Source of the DNA: the human T2T-CHM13v2.0 reference genome, Homo sapiens
Assembly: GCF_009914755.1 (NCBI RefSeq)
Contig: NC_060947.1
Length of the DNA: 64,000 nt
Direction: 5' to 3' (one strand)
Within the stretch, counting starts at the first letter, position 1. Every line of letters starts with the position of its first letter. Positions 40,251 through 54,722 of the stretch are shown in pieces. The notes beneath the pieces are model-generated. The model searched no databases. It saw only the letters and a program-made list of their open reading frames with translations, and had not been told where the DNA came from. Made by a program: the position numbers and the translations under genes.

Positions 40251-40875
40251 CTAGCTGGGATCAACCCACTGAGGCACATGCAAGAATAAACCAGTCTATT
40301 ACCATAAAGTAACTGAGTGGTTGTAACAAAATCACATGTGCAACATGTATGTTCAGGTCCATAAATTCAAGCTATTTTTCTTTTGTAAATGATAAACAGA
40401 ATTAGCAGCTCTCATCAGACTTCTGCATAAAACATAAAGGAGCTAAATTGACCTGAACTCAGAATGCTTGAAAACAATTAACAACAACTGCAAAGCCTTG
40501 TAGACCTACTGTTTAGCTCAGCCTGTATCTAGGAACCTTGATAAAAAGATATATACCAGAACATACCAGAGACTCAGTCCTGAGGTTCTGCAAGGATCTT
40601 GCTTCCTTGGCTGTTACCAGCTAACAGAACATGGAGGGCAATTCTTGGCATTCAGAGAATAATTCCATTTCACTTCCATCTTTGATCCAAGCTTTACTAA
40701 TCCTACATATTGCCTCATTCAATGAATATTTACTAAACAGTGAAATGTAATAAATATGGGGTTTGGAGCCTAATGAACCCAGGTTAAAGTCTACTTTGCC
40801 ACATACCAGTTGCTACATACCAACTTAGAAGGGAAAGGACAAGCTGTGTTATTGAAACCAAATAAAAAACATGTG

Positions 40876-41162
<287 letters not shown>

Positions 41163-41374
41163 ATAGGCATACATGTGCCTTGATTTCTTCATTTAAAATG
41201 AGAATAATTGCTTCAGAGGGTTTTCATTTAGCACAGTGCCTGATATAGAATAAACACTCAAGAAATAAAAATAGATGTTTATCAAGTGCCCACTGCCAGA
41301 CACTATTTTAAATGCTTTATATGCAAAAATATACTAATGGCAGATAATTATTTAAACTCTATAATGATCAAATG

Positions 41375-41590
41375 AGAGCTAACACTTATTGAATGCTTAG
41401 TACCCTGTACTGTTTTAAGAACATATATTGACTCTGTAAATCCTCACAACAACCCTATGAAGTGATACTATGATTCTGATCTTATAGATGAGTAAGTTGA
41501 GGACCAGTTGAATAAATTGGTCCAGGATCCTGCAACTGGAAAGTGGCATAGCTGGATTCAAAACAAGATAATCTGACTTTAGAGCCCATG
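41375..41590 (-). mobile_element. MIR
   Basis: aatcctcacaacaaccctatga..atagatgag..ggattcaaa. Confidence 0.75.
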
Positions 41591-44264
41591 AGAGCTTCTG
41601 AGCAGCTGTTATCCTGCCCTAAGTTACACTTCATCCCCTTCACCCTTCATTCAAAGCTGCCCCATTGCAGCATAGGGTGAAAGAACTATAATGCAGCCCA
41701 CGTTATAACAACACATATGATTTATTAGCTTTTATTGTGTGCTAGAGGGTGTTTTGCATATGTTATATTGAATCCTTACATTGATAACATAACATGATTA
41801 CTATTAACATTGTTTATAGATTAGAATAATGAGACTGCCCAAATTTACAGCTATGTTTCCTGCTCTCTGCAAACCCCAATTCCTCTGACTCCAAGCTACA
41901 TGTTCTTTGTAATTCTTCATGCTGATTCCTCACTGCCCATATCCATTCCCCATTCTCTACCTCTAGAATGGACATGGATCATTAACTAGAAGAGAATGGA
42001 TTTTTTTAATTCCTTTTTTAAAATGTCTTAAATAGTTTCTGCACAAGAAATTTCTAGCCATTGCATGCAAAATTATGATTGTATCTTATCTGTATCTGAA
42101 AAGTATCTTTTTAATGCTTTGTTTTAACGAGGAGTGGCACTCAGCTATCAGGATACAAGAATCTTGAAAGGTTCTTTGCCAATCTGGGCATCAAGGTACC
42201 TTTTTAGACTCCAATTAAAAAATCATCATTTCTCCCTTTTCAGCCTCATAAATTATGACTTAGTATATCTGCCCCATACTTGTACAATGTTCATCCTCTT
42301 CCCAGGACAGAGCAGGGGCTCCAAAGCATAAGAGATGCGGGTATGATGTATATGTGAGTTGGGGAGATGTCTTTATATTTCTGAGGACTGAAAGTTCCTT
42401 GAAATACAGAAAGAAACTGGAAAAATATCTCTTTGATTAGTAGTTCATCCAACTGGCTAAAAATTATTCAGAGAAGCTGGATAGCCTAAATGTAAAGCCT
42501 TGAAAAGAATTAAGCTTTAGGAGGTATTAAAACCAAATGAAGTTTTTTTCTGAATTCAACAGAGAAACTATACATTTTATGTCTTAATAAGTGTAGTTCA
42601 TCTAGTTGATTTTTTCATCTCTAGGATCTGAAAGTTCAGTGTCAAAAATCTTCAAAGGAACCTTGTTATACCCAGCTGTCATCACTTATAGTACTGAAGC
42701 AAGTGCAAGACCAGGCCTCAGGAATTCCAAGTTCTAATTCAGGCCTCGTTGCTGGCTCACCAAATGGCCATTGGAAGTAGTGTAAGATCCTTGCCCCAGT
42801 TTGTCAGTGTTAGCAACGGTCAGACCACAGGTGGGATCAGTGAAGAAAATCTGCCTGTTCTCATGCTAAAAGGGAATAGACAGAATAACTACTAAAAATG
42901 TGCCCAATGTGAAGTCCAGATTGAGTCCTCTCCCTGTGAATGACAAAAGGACCCCTTCTCCTTACTCCTGCCATCAGGAAAAGTGGGCTTGGTTAATCAA
43001 GAACATGAGTCTTGGGCAAGAAGTTTGAAAAAGGAGAATGTAGGTTATTTTTCTTCTTTGATAATCTTACCAAAAAGTAGAAGTCATATGCCTAAGTGTT
43101 ACAGGTAATTCAGTTTACTTTTCTAGATGTATCTGTAGACACCCACGAGATACAGAATAAAGGCTCTATGCCGAGGCTATGGGCCCCACAGAACCCACTC
43201 TAATCCATGCTTTTCTTCAACATCTCTGATTTCTTCAAAATCAACTCAAAATTTGTTGCATGAATGAATAAGATTGTCCTACTTACCCTACTTAGAAAAG
43301 GGACTTCATGAGGCAAATGAATGACTGACAAATCTTTAGAAACTCACTAATTCTCTTAAATTTGGGGGAATAAAACAGTTATCGATTATCACAGGATATA
43401 CTGCTAACAAGCACTTACCTTAAAATCAAAAGATGTAGGTGTGAGATTTTGCTTTGACAACTTACTCATAGCAGTTGGGCAAGTCACAACCCCTTGTAGT
43501 TGCAGCTTGCTGATGAGCAAAAATGGAAATAATACTTGTGTCATTTATTTGGTATTACTGTTGCTCATTTATTCATTTACTTCTTTAATAATAATTGAAT
43601 GCTGACCATATCCCAAATACTGTGCTAAACACAGTGGCAGATGCAGAGGAATAATACAAGCCCTGGACATTTTTTCCTTATGCAGTTTTTGAAACATACG
43701 AATAAACAGAAATACTATGATGATGGTGACAGTTGATCTTTCTCGATAAAATATACCCTATTTATTGAGCACTATGTTATACCAGGGACTATGCTCTTCA
43801 TAAATTACAACATTCTTTAGGAATTGGCATTATCATATTCATTTTACTTATGCGATAACTACTTGTCATAGATCACACAGCTTGTAAATGGCAGAACTGG
43901 AATGATTTCAACCCAGGACTATCCAAACTCTAAACCTGTACTCTTTCCACCTTATCATACTGTCCACAGATGTAGCTATTAGCTGGATGTTGTTTTTTTT
44001 CTTTCTCATCAAATGTACCAATGACTCACAAATGTATTTTTTTGCCCAATCCACCTTCTGAAAAAGACAACAAATCTTTCTTAACTCAGCCTTGGCACAA
44101 TGCAATCTGTCTGAATTGTCCTCTAAAAATGAAGGACAGTGTGTGTACATATAACATATCTTCCAAGAGTGAAGATGACTAAAATAGTCCTAGGCAAAAA
44201 AAAAAAAAAATAGCACATCAGCCTAATCAGGGCCAGATAAAATGACACATACAGCATTTATTAC

Positions 44265-44588
44265 CAACAGAGAGAGACTGGATGTGCACGGTCTCTGGGA
44301 CTCAACGTCAGGCCAATTATGGATCGAAGGGACAAATGTGCTTCCATTTTTCCTTCAGGTATTATCATAATCATTTAGCATCATTGGTGGCATGGCAGTC
44401 AGTCATAATGTAGTGTGAGCAGCAGTTTTCTGGATCACTTGTGTCGATGCAGGTCATTGGACAAAGAAACCTTAAAATTCTTCCTCACACAAGTCACAGT
44501 GGCTACCATGAGGTCCAAGTTTAAACATTAACTCTTCATTGATTCACATTCAGACAGCAGTAATATTTCCACTGGAACAACTATGTAG
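44265..44588 (-). pseudogene. Candidate pseudo-exon 3
   Basis: tgtttccttcag / gtaata; Cys-rich pieces (YIVVPVE, HCDLCEE, CPMTCIDTSDPENCC, KHICPFDP) across frameshifts. Confidence 0.45.
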
Positions 44589-45050
44589 CTGAAGGAAACA
44601 GATACTGTATAAATGATTAAGAGACTGTGCTCATTGACTGTTAATTGTGTTAGGTCAGGGCTGAAAGGAAACTTAGAGGGCATCTGACCTAACTCTCACT
44701 TTACAGGTGAGAAAACTGGAGCTCAGGAAAGGGAAGTGACTTCCTCATGTCACACAGTCATTGCTTACTACTTACTGCAAAAAAAAAAAAAAATCAAGTT
44801 GGGGGAAGGGATAGGATATTAGAGGTGAACTAAATTATTCATCCTTCTCAGTCAAAAATCAAAAAATGAAAGAGGGACACAAAAGTTATTTTGTGTTATA
44901 GATGTAACCAATAGAAGAACTGAAAACAAAATCAGTCCTGATAAGACCACAACCTACCTATGTGACCTTGTGTAAACTCCCTGAATTTCAGTTTGGTCAT
45001 CTATAAAATAGGGATGCTGCCACTGGTGCAGCTCATTTCTTAAAGTTCTT

Positions 45051-45792
45051 ATTAAAAAGTCAGGAAACAACAGGTGCTGGAGAGGATGTGAAGAAATAGG
45101 AACACTTTTACACTGTTGGTGGGACTGTAAACTAGTTCAACCATTGGGGAAGTCAGTGTGGCGATTCCTCAGGGATCTAGAACTACAAATACCATTTGAC
45201 CCAGCCATCCCATTACTGGGTATATACCCAAAGGATTATAAATCATGCTGCTATAAAGACACATGCACACGTTATGTTTATTGAGGCACTATTCACAATA
45301 GCAAAGACTTGGAACCAACCCAAATGTCCAACAACGATAGACTGGCTTAAGAAAATGTGGCACATATACACCATGGAATACTATGCAGCCGTAAAAAAGG
45401 ATAAGTTCATGTCCTTTGTTGGGACATGGATGAAGCTAGAAACCATCATTCTCAGCAAACTATCACAAGGACAAAAAACCAAACACCGCATGTTCTCACT
45501 CACAGGTGGGAATTGAACAATGAGAACACTTGGACACAGGGTGGGGAACATCACACACCAGGGCCTGTTGTGGGGTCGGGGGAGTGGGGAGGGATAGCAT
45601 TAGGAGATACACCTAATGTAAATGACGAGTTAATGGGTGCAGCACACCAACATGGCACATGTATACATATGTAACAAACCTACACATTGTGCACAAGTAC
45701 CCGAGAACTTAAAGTATAATAAATATATATATATAAAAAGAAAAGTGTTTGTAAAAAATATAAATAAATAAAAATAAAAAAAGAAAAACAAA
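45051..45792 (+). mobile_element. L1PA5-like 3' fragment
   Basis: ORF2 end (..MFSLTGGN*), 3'UTR and A-rich tail; no clear TSD. Confidence 0.9.
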
Positions 45793-48621
45793 CAAGATGG
45801 TAGATGTAGGAAATGGTGATAATTCTCAAGTCAAATCCAGGGATGGTTTCTTAGCAATTTTTTCCAGTTCATTTATATAATAGGGCTCCTGTAACAGCCC
45901 ATCAATACCTACACTGACTTCCTTACCCAGGATGTCACCCAATACTACAGTCTACCCTTTCAAGCCTTGAGTTAGGAAAAATTCAATCTTTGAGATATAA
46001 GTACAATTAGAAAATATCCAATTGAATGGTCTTTCTCTCCCTTCCCCCCAATCAAGATTTCCATCTGTTACTGGGTTTTCTCTTTGGAGTCTGAGATTCC
46101 TTATTCTAGAATTTACTCACTGTAAATGGAAAAAAAAAGCTACCCTGTTTTTTTGCCCTTGTCAAAGAGGTGCTGAGTAGAGTGGCAAGCAATATAGGAG
46201 GACAAATACCATTCTCTCTAAAGGGTTTTAAAGCCAAGTTGGCAGAGCATCAGAGGCTGGTTGGGACCACAAATAGTCATCCCAGAACATGTTGTGGCAC
46301 TAAGAAACAGTAGAAAAACATCATATGTGCTCCTCTTTCCAGTATTTATTATTCATAAGCCTGAAAGAAAACTGCTGATCTACCATTCTAATCTCCAGAG
46401 ATATGTTATATGTACACACATACAGGCAAACATGCACAACATAAACACATAGGCTCACACTCTCCCTTGCTTTGTGGGAAAAAATTTCCAGCCCTTTGAA
46501 AGGCTTTTTGGCATTAACAGATTGTATAGTCCCATAAACAGAAAATAAGACTTACATTTTTATAGAGAAATGCACGCTTGTTCCAATTTTCCTATCTAAA
46601 TTATCCAAGCCCTTACAGCGGTTCACTTAAAGATCATTACTCATGTTACTGAGTGGGCTACAGAGTGATCATGCCTACGCAAGGTATTCTTCTGGGTGTT
46701 GGAAAAATGACAGGAGTTAGCTATATCATCGAATGTGCTGAGATTAAGTCAAACTTGCAAAGTTCCATCAGCACCATATAAGGCAAGATATTTATCCTGC
46801 AACTGAAGTCAGGAAGGGAAAGGGGGAAGGATGGAGGTATTAAGTGATTTATGACTGAAAATGTTCAAATTGGCAGACAGGCTAAAGGTCCCACAGGAAG
46901 TTGCTAGCAATTAACAATATAGCCATTTGAAGCTGTGCTTAACATAAACCACTAATGCAAAATTAGAAGAGTTTACTAAAAAAAAAAAAAAGATCTGTCA
47001 AATTTTCCCAGTTAATTTTGTTTGGCACATAAAGACTGCTTTCCATGTGTCAATTTTAACTATGATCAAACAAGCATCATTTTAAAAGAAACTGAAGAAA
47101 TTATCACCTGAACATGGAGGAGAGATTACTTTTTTAACAGTGAAACAAATCTCAGTTAAAAGCTTTTTGTTTCTTATAATACTCCCCCAAGAAATGTCTC
47201 AGGTCTTAATTAGCTTTCCTCCTTATCGCTGGTAAAATGGGCTTACAAAGTTTTCCATGTCATTTCCACGAAGGAATTTGAAAAATATGTGATCACCCAC
47301 CTGGAAGATGTGTAAGTTCATTTCCAACCTATTTGAGACTTATTGCTGGCAATGTCTGTACATTTGTACATTTTGACTAATGATTATATAAAATTATGGG
47401 AGATGCTGTTAGGAAAATTGGTTCCATTAAATTAGGGAGGAATATTCTTCCAATATTTCTGCAGTCAGAGTTCTAATATCACAATAATTTACAAAATGAA
47501 TTTCAAGTCATTTTGATGAAAATTATACTTTAAACTAGAATTATATACGCATTCAGAATTTGATGCTATTCCATTGTGTTCTTAAAAGCACAACGATTAG
47601 TTAATTGAAATTTATTTTAAATACATTTGATACACACAAAGGATCAGTTTTTGAAGAGTTAGTTCCCTAAGTAAAGGTATCTACAAGCATCCTGTGTTGC
47701 TTCTCACTCTTCATTAGTCAACTCCAACTTTTTGATATTTTGGCTAATATATTCCTTGCCAAACTCAAATAAGTATGGTATTGCTACTACTAATGAGACT
47801 TTGTTGCCAGTCTTTCCACATTTAAGATTATTAGCTCCAGTTGAAATGCACATTTTAAAGTGTGACTCATTTCATTCTTCTAATATGTTTACCTCACATT
47901 TCACAGAGTTCTTGTTTGAGTCTGGAGCTAAAATCTGAAAGGAGGTTAATTGGCCTCAATGCCCTCTTGCTCTAAAAGCAAACCAGGCTTCCCATGGGTA
48001 GAATATTAGGTTTGGTGATCATCAAGTGACTTCTTTTTATCATGCAGGAAGTTTCTGTTGTTGTTATTATAGTTTTTAAAATGTATATTCCAAGAATATC
48101 CACAAGAGAGAAAAGAGAAAACAGGAATTTATAAAGCTCGCCTCTCATATTCTGTATGATCTTAACCCACCTCTCAGTGCTGCAATTGTTCCTTTACCCC
48201 ACAGCAACATAAGGGCATGCCCCAGGCTGGTAGAACCCAGCTGCTTCTCTGTGGCCTGGTTCTGGCTGTGTAGCTGCCCCAACCCAGAGACAGTATGAAC
48301 CTTGATCATTGGTGTGGAATATAACACAAGAGACAATATATCAATATGATTCCCATTGAATTCAGGGTTGTGGTTTCTGTAACATAACTAAGGCAGGCCT
48401 ATTTCAAATATTTCAGTCCCACTTTACAGTAAGTCTACATCTCTTTTAAATAGATCACCCTACACATAGCTACATCAAGACAGTCTCATAGCTTCAAGTT
48501 GTATCATTTGGCTAATGCTTCCATTAATATAATTTTTAAGTAGCCACTTTTTAAATACAGAGGAAAAATAATTTTTCACATAATAATAATGACTATTATA
48601 TGGCATGATAGTAATAATAAA

Positions 48622-48855
48622 AACAGCTATCATTTATCAAGTGCTTACTGGGTTTCTGGCACCATGCTATGTGCTTTGTGGACCTTATCTCATTTAATCT
48701 CTACAAAAATCCTGTGAGGTCAGTACATGATTACGTTCATATTATAAATGAGGAAGCTAAGGCTCAGAAAGCTTAACTTACCCAATATCATAGCAGCCAT
48801 AAATGAGAGAAATGAGATTTGAACATAGCTTTGTTTTAAACCCACTCTCCTAACC
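48622..48855 (-). mobile_element. MIR, followed by a MER5-like fragment to ~48980
   Basis: aaatgaggaagctaaggctcagaaag; gtgggacccagacat. Confidence 0.7.
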
Positions 48856-49469
48856 CCCAAACTGGTGATTCTTAACCGAGTCTGCAAATTAGACTCACAA
48901 TTAAATTTGTATCTTTGGAAGTGGGACCCAGACATAAGTCATTTTTAAAAGACCTCCATATGTTTCTGTATAACCAAAAGATTCTTGAAGTTCTACTGAA
49001 ATCTATGCTTGAAAATATTTGTGGTAGTTTGGTTACTTTTATAAGTTAGTAATTGGCCATATTTGACCTTCAGAAAATTACTTCACCTGTTCAAGAGTCA
49101 CTTTCCTTATGATGGAGGTGGATTGAGGACCTCTAAAGACCTAGTCAAGCTTAAATATCCCAAGATCTACAGTTTAAATTAAAACTTGGGAAGATCCAGT
49201 TACCTAAAAACCTAAATCTAGAAGATTTTAATGGTCATATATATGGAGCTAGAGCAGCCTAACTAAATTATTCCACCACTGAGGGCATTGCTGTTTGAGT
49301 AAACCTTTCCACTTCCCACTCTTTTGAACACGTTTTGATTTTTGCCTGCTGGACACCTTACCCTGCCCTTTGGTTCCTGATGCTGGCCAGAATTTCTTGT
49401 GGCCTTTTTTCCATGTTCACATATAAATTCTTACTCTTCAGGCATAAGCAGCCACTACTAACTGTTCTT

Positions 49470-49815
49470 CCTTTCATTTCTTCGACAATTTGCTGAGTGG
49501 ATACTATGTGCCTGGCACTGCTCTAGGAGTAAATATATTAAATGTTAATGTAACACTGAATGCACCAGAAAAAGCCCTGCCTTCATGGAGCTTATATTCT
49601 CATGGCAGAAGACAAACAACAAATGAGTAAACAAATACAATATCTTTGGTGGTGACAAGTGCTAAGGAGAAAAAAAAAGACAAAATAAGGAGTTAGAAAG
49701 CCAAGGTGCTACTTTGGATAAGGTGTTAAGGAAAGGCCTCTCAGAGAGGGTGTTGCTTGAACAGAGGTTTGAGTGAAGGGAAGAGCAAGGCCATCTGGTG
49801 GAAGAATATTCCAAG
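49470..49815 (-). mobile_element. L2
   Basis: tactatgtgcctggcactgctctagg..ccttcatggagcttatattct..ggaaaggcctctcagag. Confidence 0.8.
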
Positions 49816-50429
49816 CAGCTGGAAGAGAACATTTTTCTAGAACCACACCACAAAACTTCAGGGGACATCTCATGGGTGAGGATTGGGCCAGAGCTGAAAA
49901 TGCATCTATACAATTTGGAGATCAGATGAGTTCATCTTAGCCTAACCTTGCCTTCTTAGCTCCTACCTCTGAGGCCTATGTTATAATATGCTCATTGAAA
50001 TAATCTTTGAAAGAGGTTTCTTCAGAAAAAGTAGGCTAAAAAACATAGTAATAATTCAAGGCATAATGGCTAATAACAGAGTTTACGTGTGACAGACATG
50101 GAATCTAATCTCAGCTCTACCTCCTAAGAGCTGTTTGACCTTAACCAAGATACATCAGCTTTCTGTATCTTACTTTCTTTGTCTGGAAAACAAGAAGAGT
50201 GAGTTAATAAAAATATCTTACAATATCTGATGCAAAAAAAATGCTCAATAATATAATTATTATAATTCAAAACAGAGGAGTAGAAAGGGAACTTGTCCTA
50301 GAGGCAGGGAACCTGGGATAATGTCCCAGTTACATCACTTATTAAACACATGACCATGAAAGTCACTTAACTTCTCTGGGCCTCAGATTCTTCTTCTCAA
50401 ATATGGACATGGAAATAATGATTAACACC

Positions 50430-50802
50430 TGATATGGTTTGGCTTTGTGTCTCCACTCAAATCTTATCTTGAATTGTAACCCCATAATTCCCACAGGTTG
50501 TGGGAGGGGCCCCATGGGAGATAATTGAATCATGGAGGCAGTTTCTCCCGTGCTGTTCTCATAATAGTGAGTGAGTTCTCACAAGATCTGATGGTTTCAT
50601 AAGGGGCTTTTCCTCCTTTGCTCAGCAATTCTTCCTGCCGCCATGTGAAGAAGGACGTGTTTGCTTCCCCTTCCACTATGATTGTAAGTTTCCTGAGGCC
50701 TCCCCAGCCCTGTAGAACTGTGAGTCAACTAAACCTTTTTCCTTTATAAATTACCCAGTCTTGGGTTATATACTTATGGCAGCGTGAGAATGGACCAATA
50801 CA
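50430..50802 (+). mobile_element. THE1D solo LTR in a MIR
   Basis: TGATATGGTTTGG...AATACA; 5-bp TSD acacc/aaacc. Confidence 0.9.
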
Positions 50803-51767
50803 AAACCTAACCTCAAGGATTGTCACATGAAACAAAAAAATTGAAAATTGTAGAACTGTTTAAGAGTGGTTTAGGTAAAGAGTAAGCTGTGATCTGAGAA
50901 TTTGTATTGGCTTAAGGCACAGGATTTTGTAACTACCGATACTTGGCAACACAAATAGCCATTCCAAAGTAATTTTTGCAAAATTACAAACACAGGCAAT
51001 TTTTTTCCTCTTCAGCACTAATCCTTACATTTTCTAGTCACTCAAATCTGATAAAATTGTTTTTAACATGTTTAATTATTGGAACACAGACGTTTCTGAC
51101 AGGATTCTCAGAGTTCATCCTATCCAATCTTATCTTTGTACAAATAAAAAACTTGAGACCCAGAAAGGTAAAGTGATGAGGTATAGCCACACAGTTACTT
51201 AGTAGGAGATCCACAAGCAAAATCCAGATCCCCTGACTCTCTCCAGTGTTCTCCAGAGTATAGAAATATTCTCTATTTCTTACTGTTTCTTAGCCTCAAT
51301 CTCACGTAGTTTATTGTGTTTTGAAAAGGGTTTTTGCTTACAAAATGAACTCCCTAGGTATTTTTCTCAAGATATGTATGTTTCCTTATCTGATATAGCC
51401 ACATGCACATATGAGAGAAGTCTACTGCAAATCTCACAATATTTCACATTCATAGTTAAAATAGTACCCAACAGTTGGACTGCATTCAATTATACATTCA
51501 TTTTTGTGGGACCGTTTCAACAGACTACAATAAAATTCCTCTTATCGTCATAAAATAATATTTGAATAACAGAAAAAAAAGGAACTAGTGGTTTTATAAT
51601 GTCAAAGACCATTAAAACCCACAAATGGGTTAAATCACCAGAAAAATTCTAGCATTCGCAGAAGAAAAAACAAAGCATGATAACTAGCCAAAAGCTGGCC
51701 AAATGTAAGGATTCCTATGGAGAATAACAGGAAGCACCTTATAGACAGACAAAACTTGTCATCTCAC

Positions 51768-52109
51768 TTGACACTTTCTTCCAAAGTCCTGGAAGCACTT
51801 AAGTCACAGATATGGTTTTCCCTAATGACATCATGCTGTGGGCAAATAATGGACAGAGTTTTCACCAAAAGATCTCCAAATAGCTTGCAACATAATGCAC
51901 TCAATAGAGACTGTACTATAACGCCTAGATTCAACCTCCTATGAAGTTCCGGACATCATCTGAAAGGCCCGGTAAAGATGAAGAGGTCAGTGGAGTATGA
52001 GAATGTTCTGCAGCAGGACTAACAGAAATTATCACAGAAACAATTCCTTTTCTTTCCTGTAGATTCAGGACTGGAATAATTGTTCAAGAGACTGGCGTTC
52101 TCCAGCCAC
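51768..52109 (-). pseudogene. Candidate pseudo-exon 2 (SMB-like Cys motif)
   Basis: ttagttag / gtgaga; 342 nt, phase 2 to 2, two stops; RNCFCDNFC*SCC. Confidence 0.5.
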
Positions 52110-53276
52110 CTAACTAAATTAAATTTTAGAAATGTTTCCTGCTGAGGCAGCACCACTTTTTGTAGTGCCAAATTTAAAAAAAAGACCCTAGCTCATATGG
52201 TGCTTCCTTCCTGCCCCACCTCACTGGTCAACAGGTCTCGTATGCCATTCAAAGACAATGGTCTCCTCTCCTGAGCTAAAAATATCACATGCCATTTCAG
52301 ATGCCAATGCTATATAATAATGCTGATCACAGTGATAATAGATCTCATGTTTATTGAACACTTCACTTTGTGCAAAGTAACTCCTACCAGGTCATTTAAT
52401 CTCATAGCATTCAGAGGTAGATACTATTATATCTCATTTTTGCCAGTAATGAAATTGAGGCTCAAAAAGGTGAAGCAAGTTGAGTGAGGTTATGGACTAG
52501 TGAGTGATAAGTAGGAATTAGGTCCCAGCGAATATGACTGCACACCCTACCTTCTTAACTACTCATGCTTGTTTTAGAGGTTAAAACCCTATATGATCTA
52601 AAAGGCAAGAAGATAATTCAAGCTTAGGAGCAAGGGCATAAAACAAAGAATACTAATAAGATTCTACACACTGTCCAGGAAACCTCCCCTTCTGATGGTT
52701 CTTGCAAAACGCACACCTCTTTCAACAGATTGTCTCTCTCCCTCCCACCCCCCCCCCACACATACAAATATATATATATAGAGAGAGGGGCACAGCATTG
52801 TAGGTATACTAAATACCACAGAATTGTACACTTTAAATAAGGCTTTTATGTGGATTTCACCTAAAAAAAACTGTATTTGAGAAAGATGTTTTTATTTATG
52901 GAAAACTTCTATCCCCCCCACCCCCCAAAATTGAAATGTTTTTCCTAGCATTTTGAGAAAATCAAATATAAAAGAGAGAGAGAAATTCTACTTGAAGTTC
53001 ATTATTTCCTGATATCACACGGAGAAGCTCCGTTACTGCTTCAGTAAAGCTATTTCTATTTTTCAGAAACTATAGTATCAGAATTGGAAAAGACCATGGA
53101 GGTCATCTGGGAAACCTCCTTCCCAAAGCAGGAATCGTCCCTATAGTGTCCTTGACACATAGTCATCCAGCTTCTGTTTAACTCATTCAGTGACTCAGAA
53201 CTCACTACTTGACAGTTGGCCATTCTATTTGTAAATAGATCCAATTAGTAGAAAGGTCTTGCTTAGGCCACATTAA

Positions 53277-53607
<331 letters not shown>

Positions 53608-53631
53608 ACATTTTTCCTTCTTTAACCTTCT

Positions 53632-53860
53632 AGAGCTGTTTTGTCCAACTCAGCAGACAGCAGTCAAATATGGCTATCTGAATCTAAAACCAGTACTATT
53701 TTTTTAAATTATAGATTAATAAATTTAAATCTCATTTCCTCAGATGAAGTAGTCATATGTCAAGTTCTCAGTAGCCACTTGTGGCTAGTGGCTGCCATAT
53801 TGAATGGTATAACTACAGAACATTTCCATCAGCTCAGAAAGTTTTATTGGAAAGCACTGC
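53632..53860. mobile_element. MER3 (hAT-Charlie)
   Basis: agtagccacttgtggctagtggctgccatattg..gaaagttttattggaaagcactg. Confidence 0.75.
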
Positions 53861-53980
53861 TTATTAGTAAAACAGAATATTGACTACTTCTTTCACATGA
53901 AAAACTATCCAAATGTTCCCCCTCAGTCATTTTTATCCAGATTAAACATCCCTAGTTCTTTCAACATTATGGAATGGTAT

Positions 53981-54171
53981 ACAGGCTCTTCCTGGCTTAC
54001 AATGGCTCAATTTAAGATTTTTCAATTTTATTACAGTGTGAAAGCAATACACATTCAGTGCAGGGTTACATCCGGATGAATGTAACTCTGAATCGTAAGT
54101 CGTTACTTGTGATATTTTCAACTTACCATAGGTTTATTGGGACATAACCCCATAAGTCAAGGAGCATCTGT
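53981..54171. mobile_element. MER47/Tigger5-type MITE
   Basis: Ends ..cataagtcaaggagcatctg|ta; imperfect TIRs. Confidence 0.65.
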
Positions 54172-54722
54172 ACTAGTTTTCTATTGCATAAAAATTACTA
54201 CCAATTTAGCAGCCTAAAACAACACTTATTTATTACCTCACAGTTCTAAGGCTGGAAGTCAATGAGCTCAACTGTGTTCTGTGTTGAGTCTCACAAGGCC
54301 GAAATCAAGATGTTGACCAGGTTAGGCTCTGGGGTACAGGTCCGTTAAGTCGTTGGAAAAATTCTGTTTTGTTCAGCTGGAGGACTGAGCTCCCCATTTC
54401 CTTTCTGGCTGTCAGCCAGGGGTGCTCTCAGCTTCTAGTCACTCCTTCCATGTGGACTCCTCTATCCCCTCATCTTCAAAGTCAGCAAGAGTGCATCAAA
54501 TCCTTCACATGCTTCCAATCCCTCTGACTTCCTTTTATACTACCAGCTGAAGAAAATGCTCTGTTTTTAAAGGCCTCATATAATTAGATTGGTCCCATCT
54601 GGATAATCACCCTATCTTAAGGTAACCTGTAGAATCCCTTTGTAGATATGTCATAGTATTCACAATCTGGGGATCAAGGTGGGAAATCTTATGGAACCAT
54701 CATAAAATTCAGCCAACCACAA
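54172..54722. mobile_element. MLT1E/F-like LTR
   Basis: tagttttctattgc..aaacaacac..tcacagttct..attcagccaaccaca. Confidence 0.75.

Noticed and set aside
48175-48330. Possible extra minus-strand exon (GSYCLWVG..GFYQPGACP)
   Set aside because: No convincing acceptor, and exons 2 and 3 already join in phase without it
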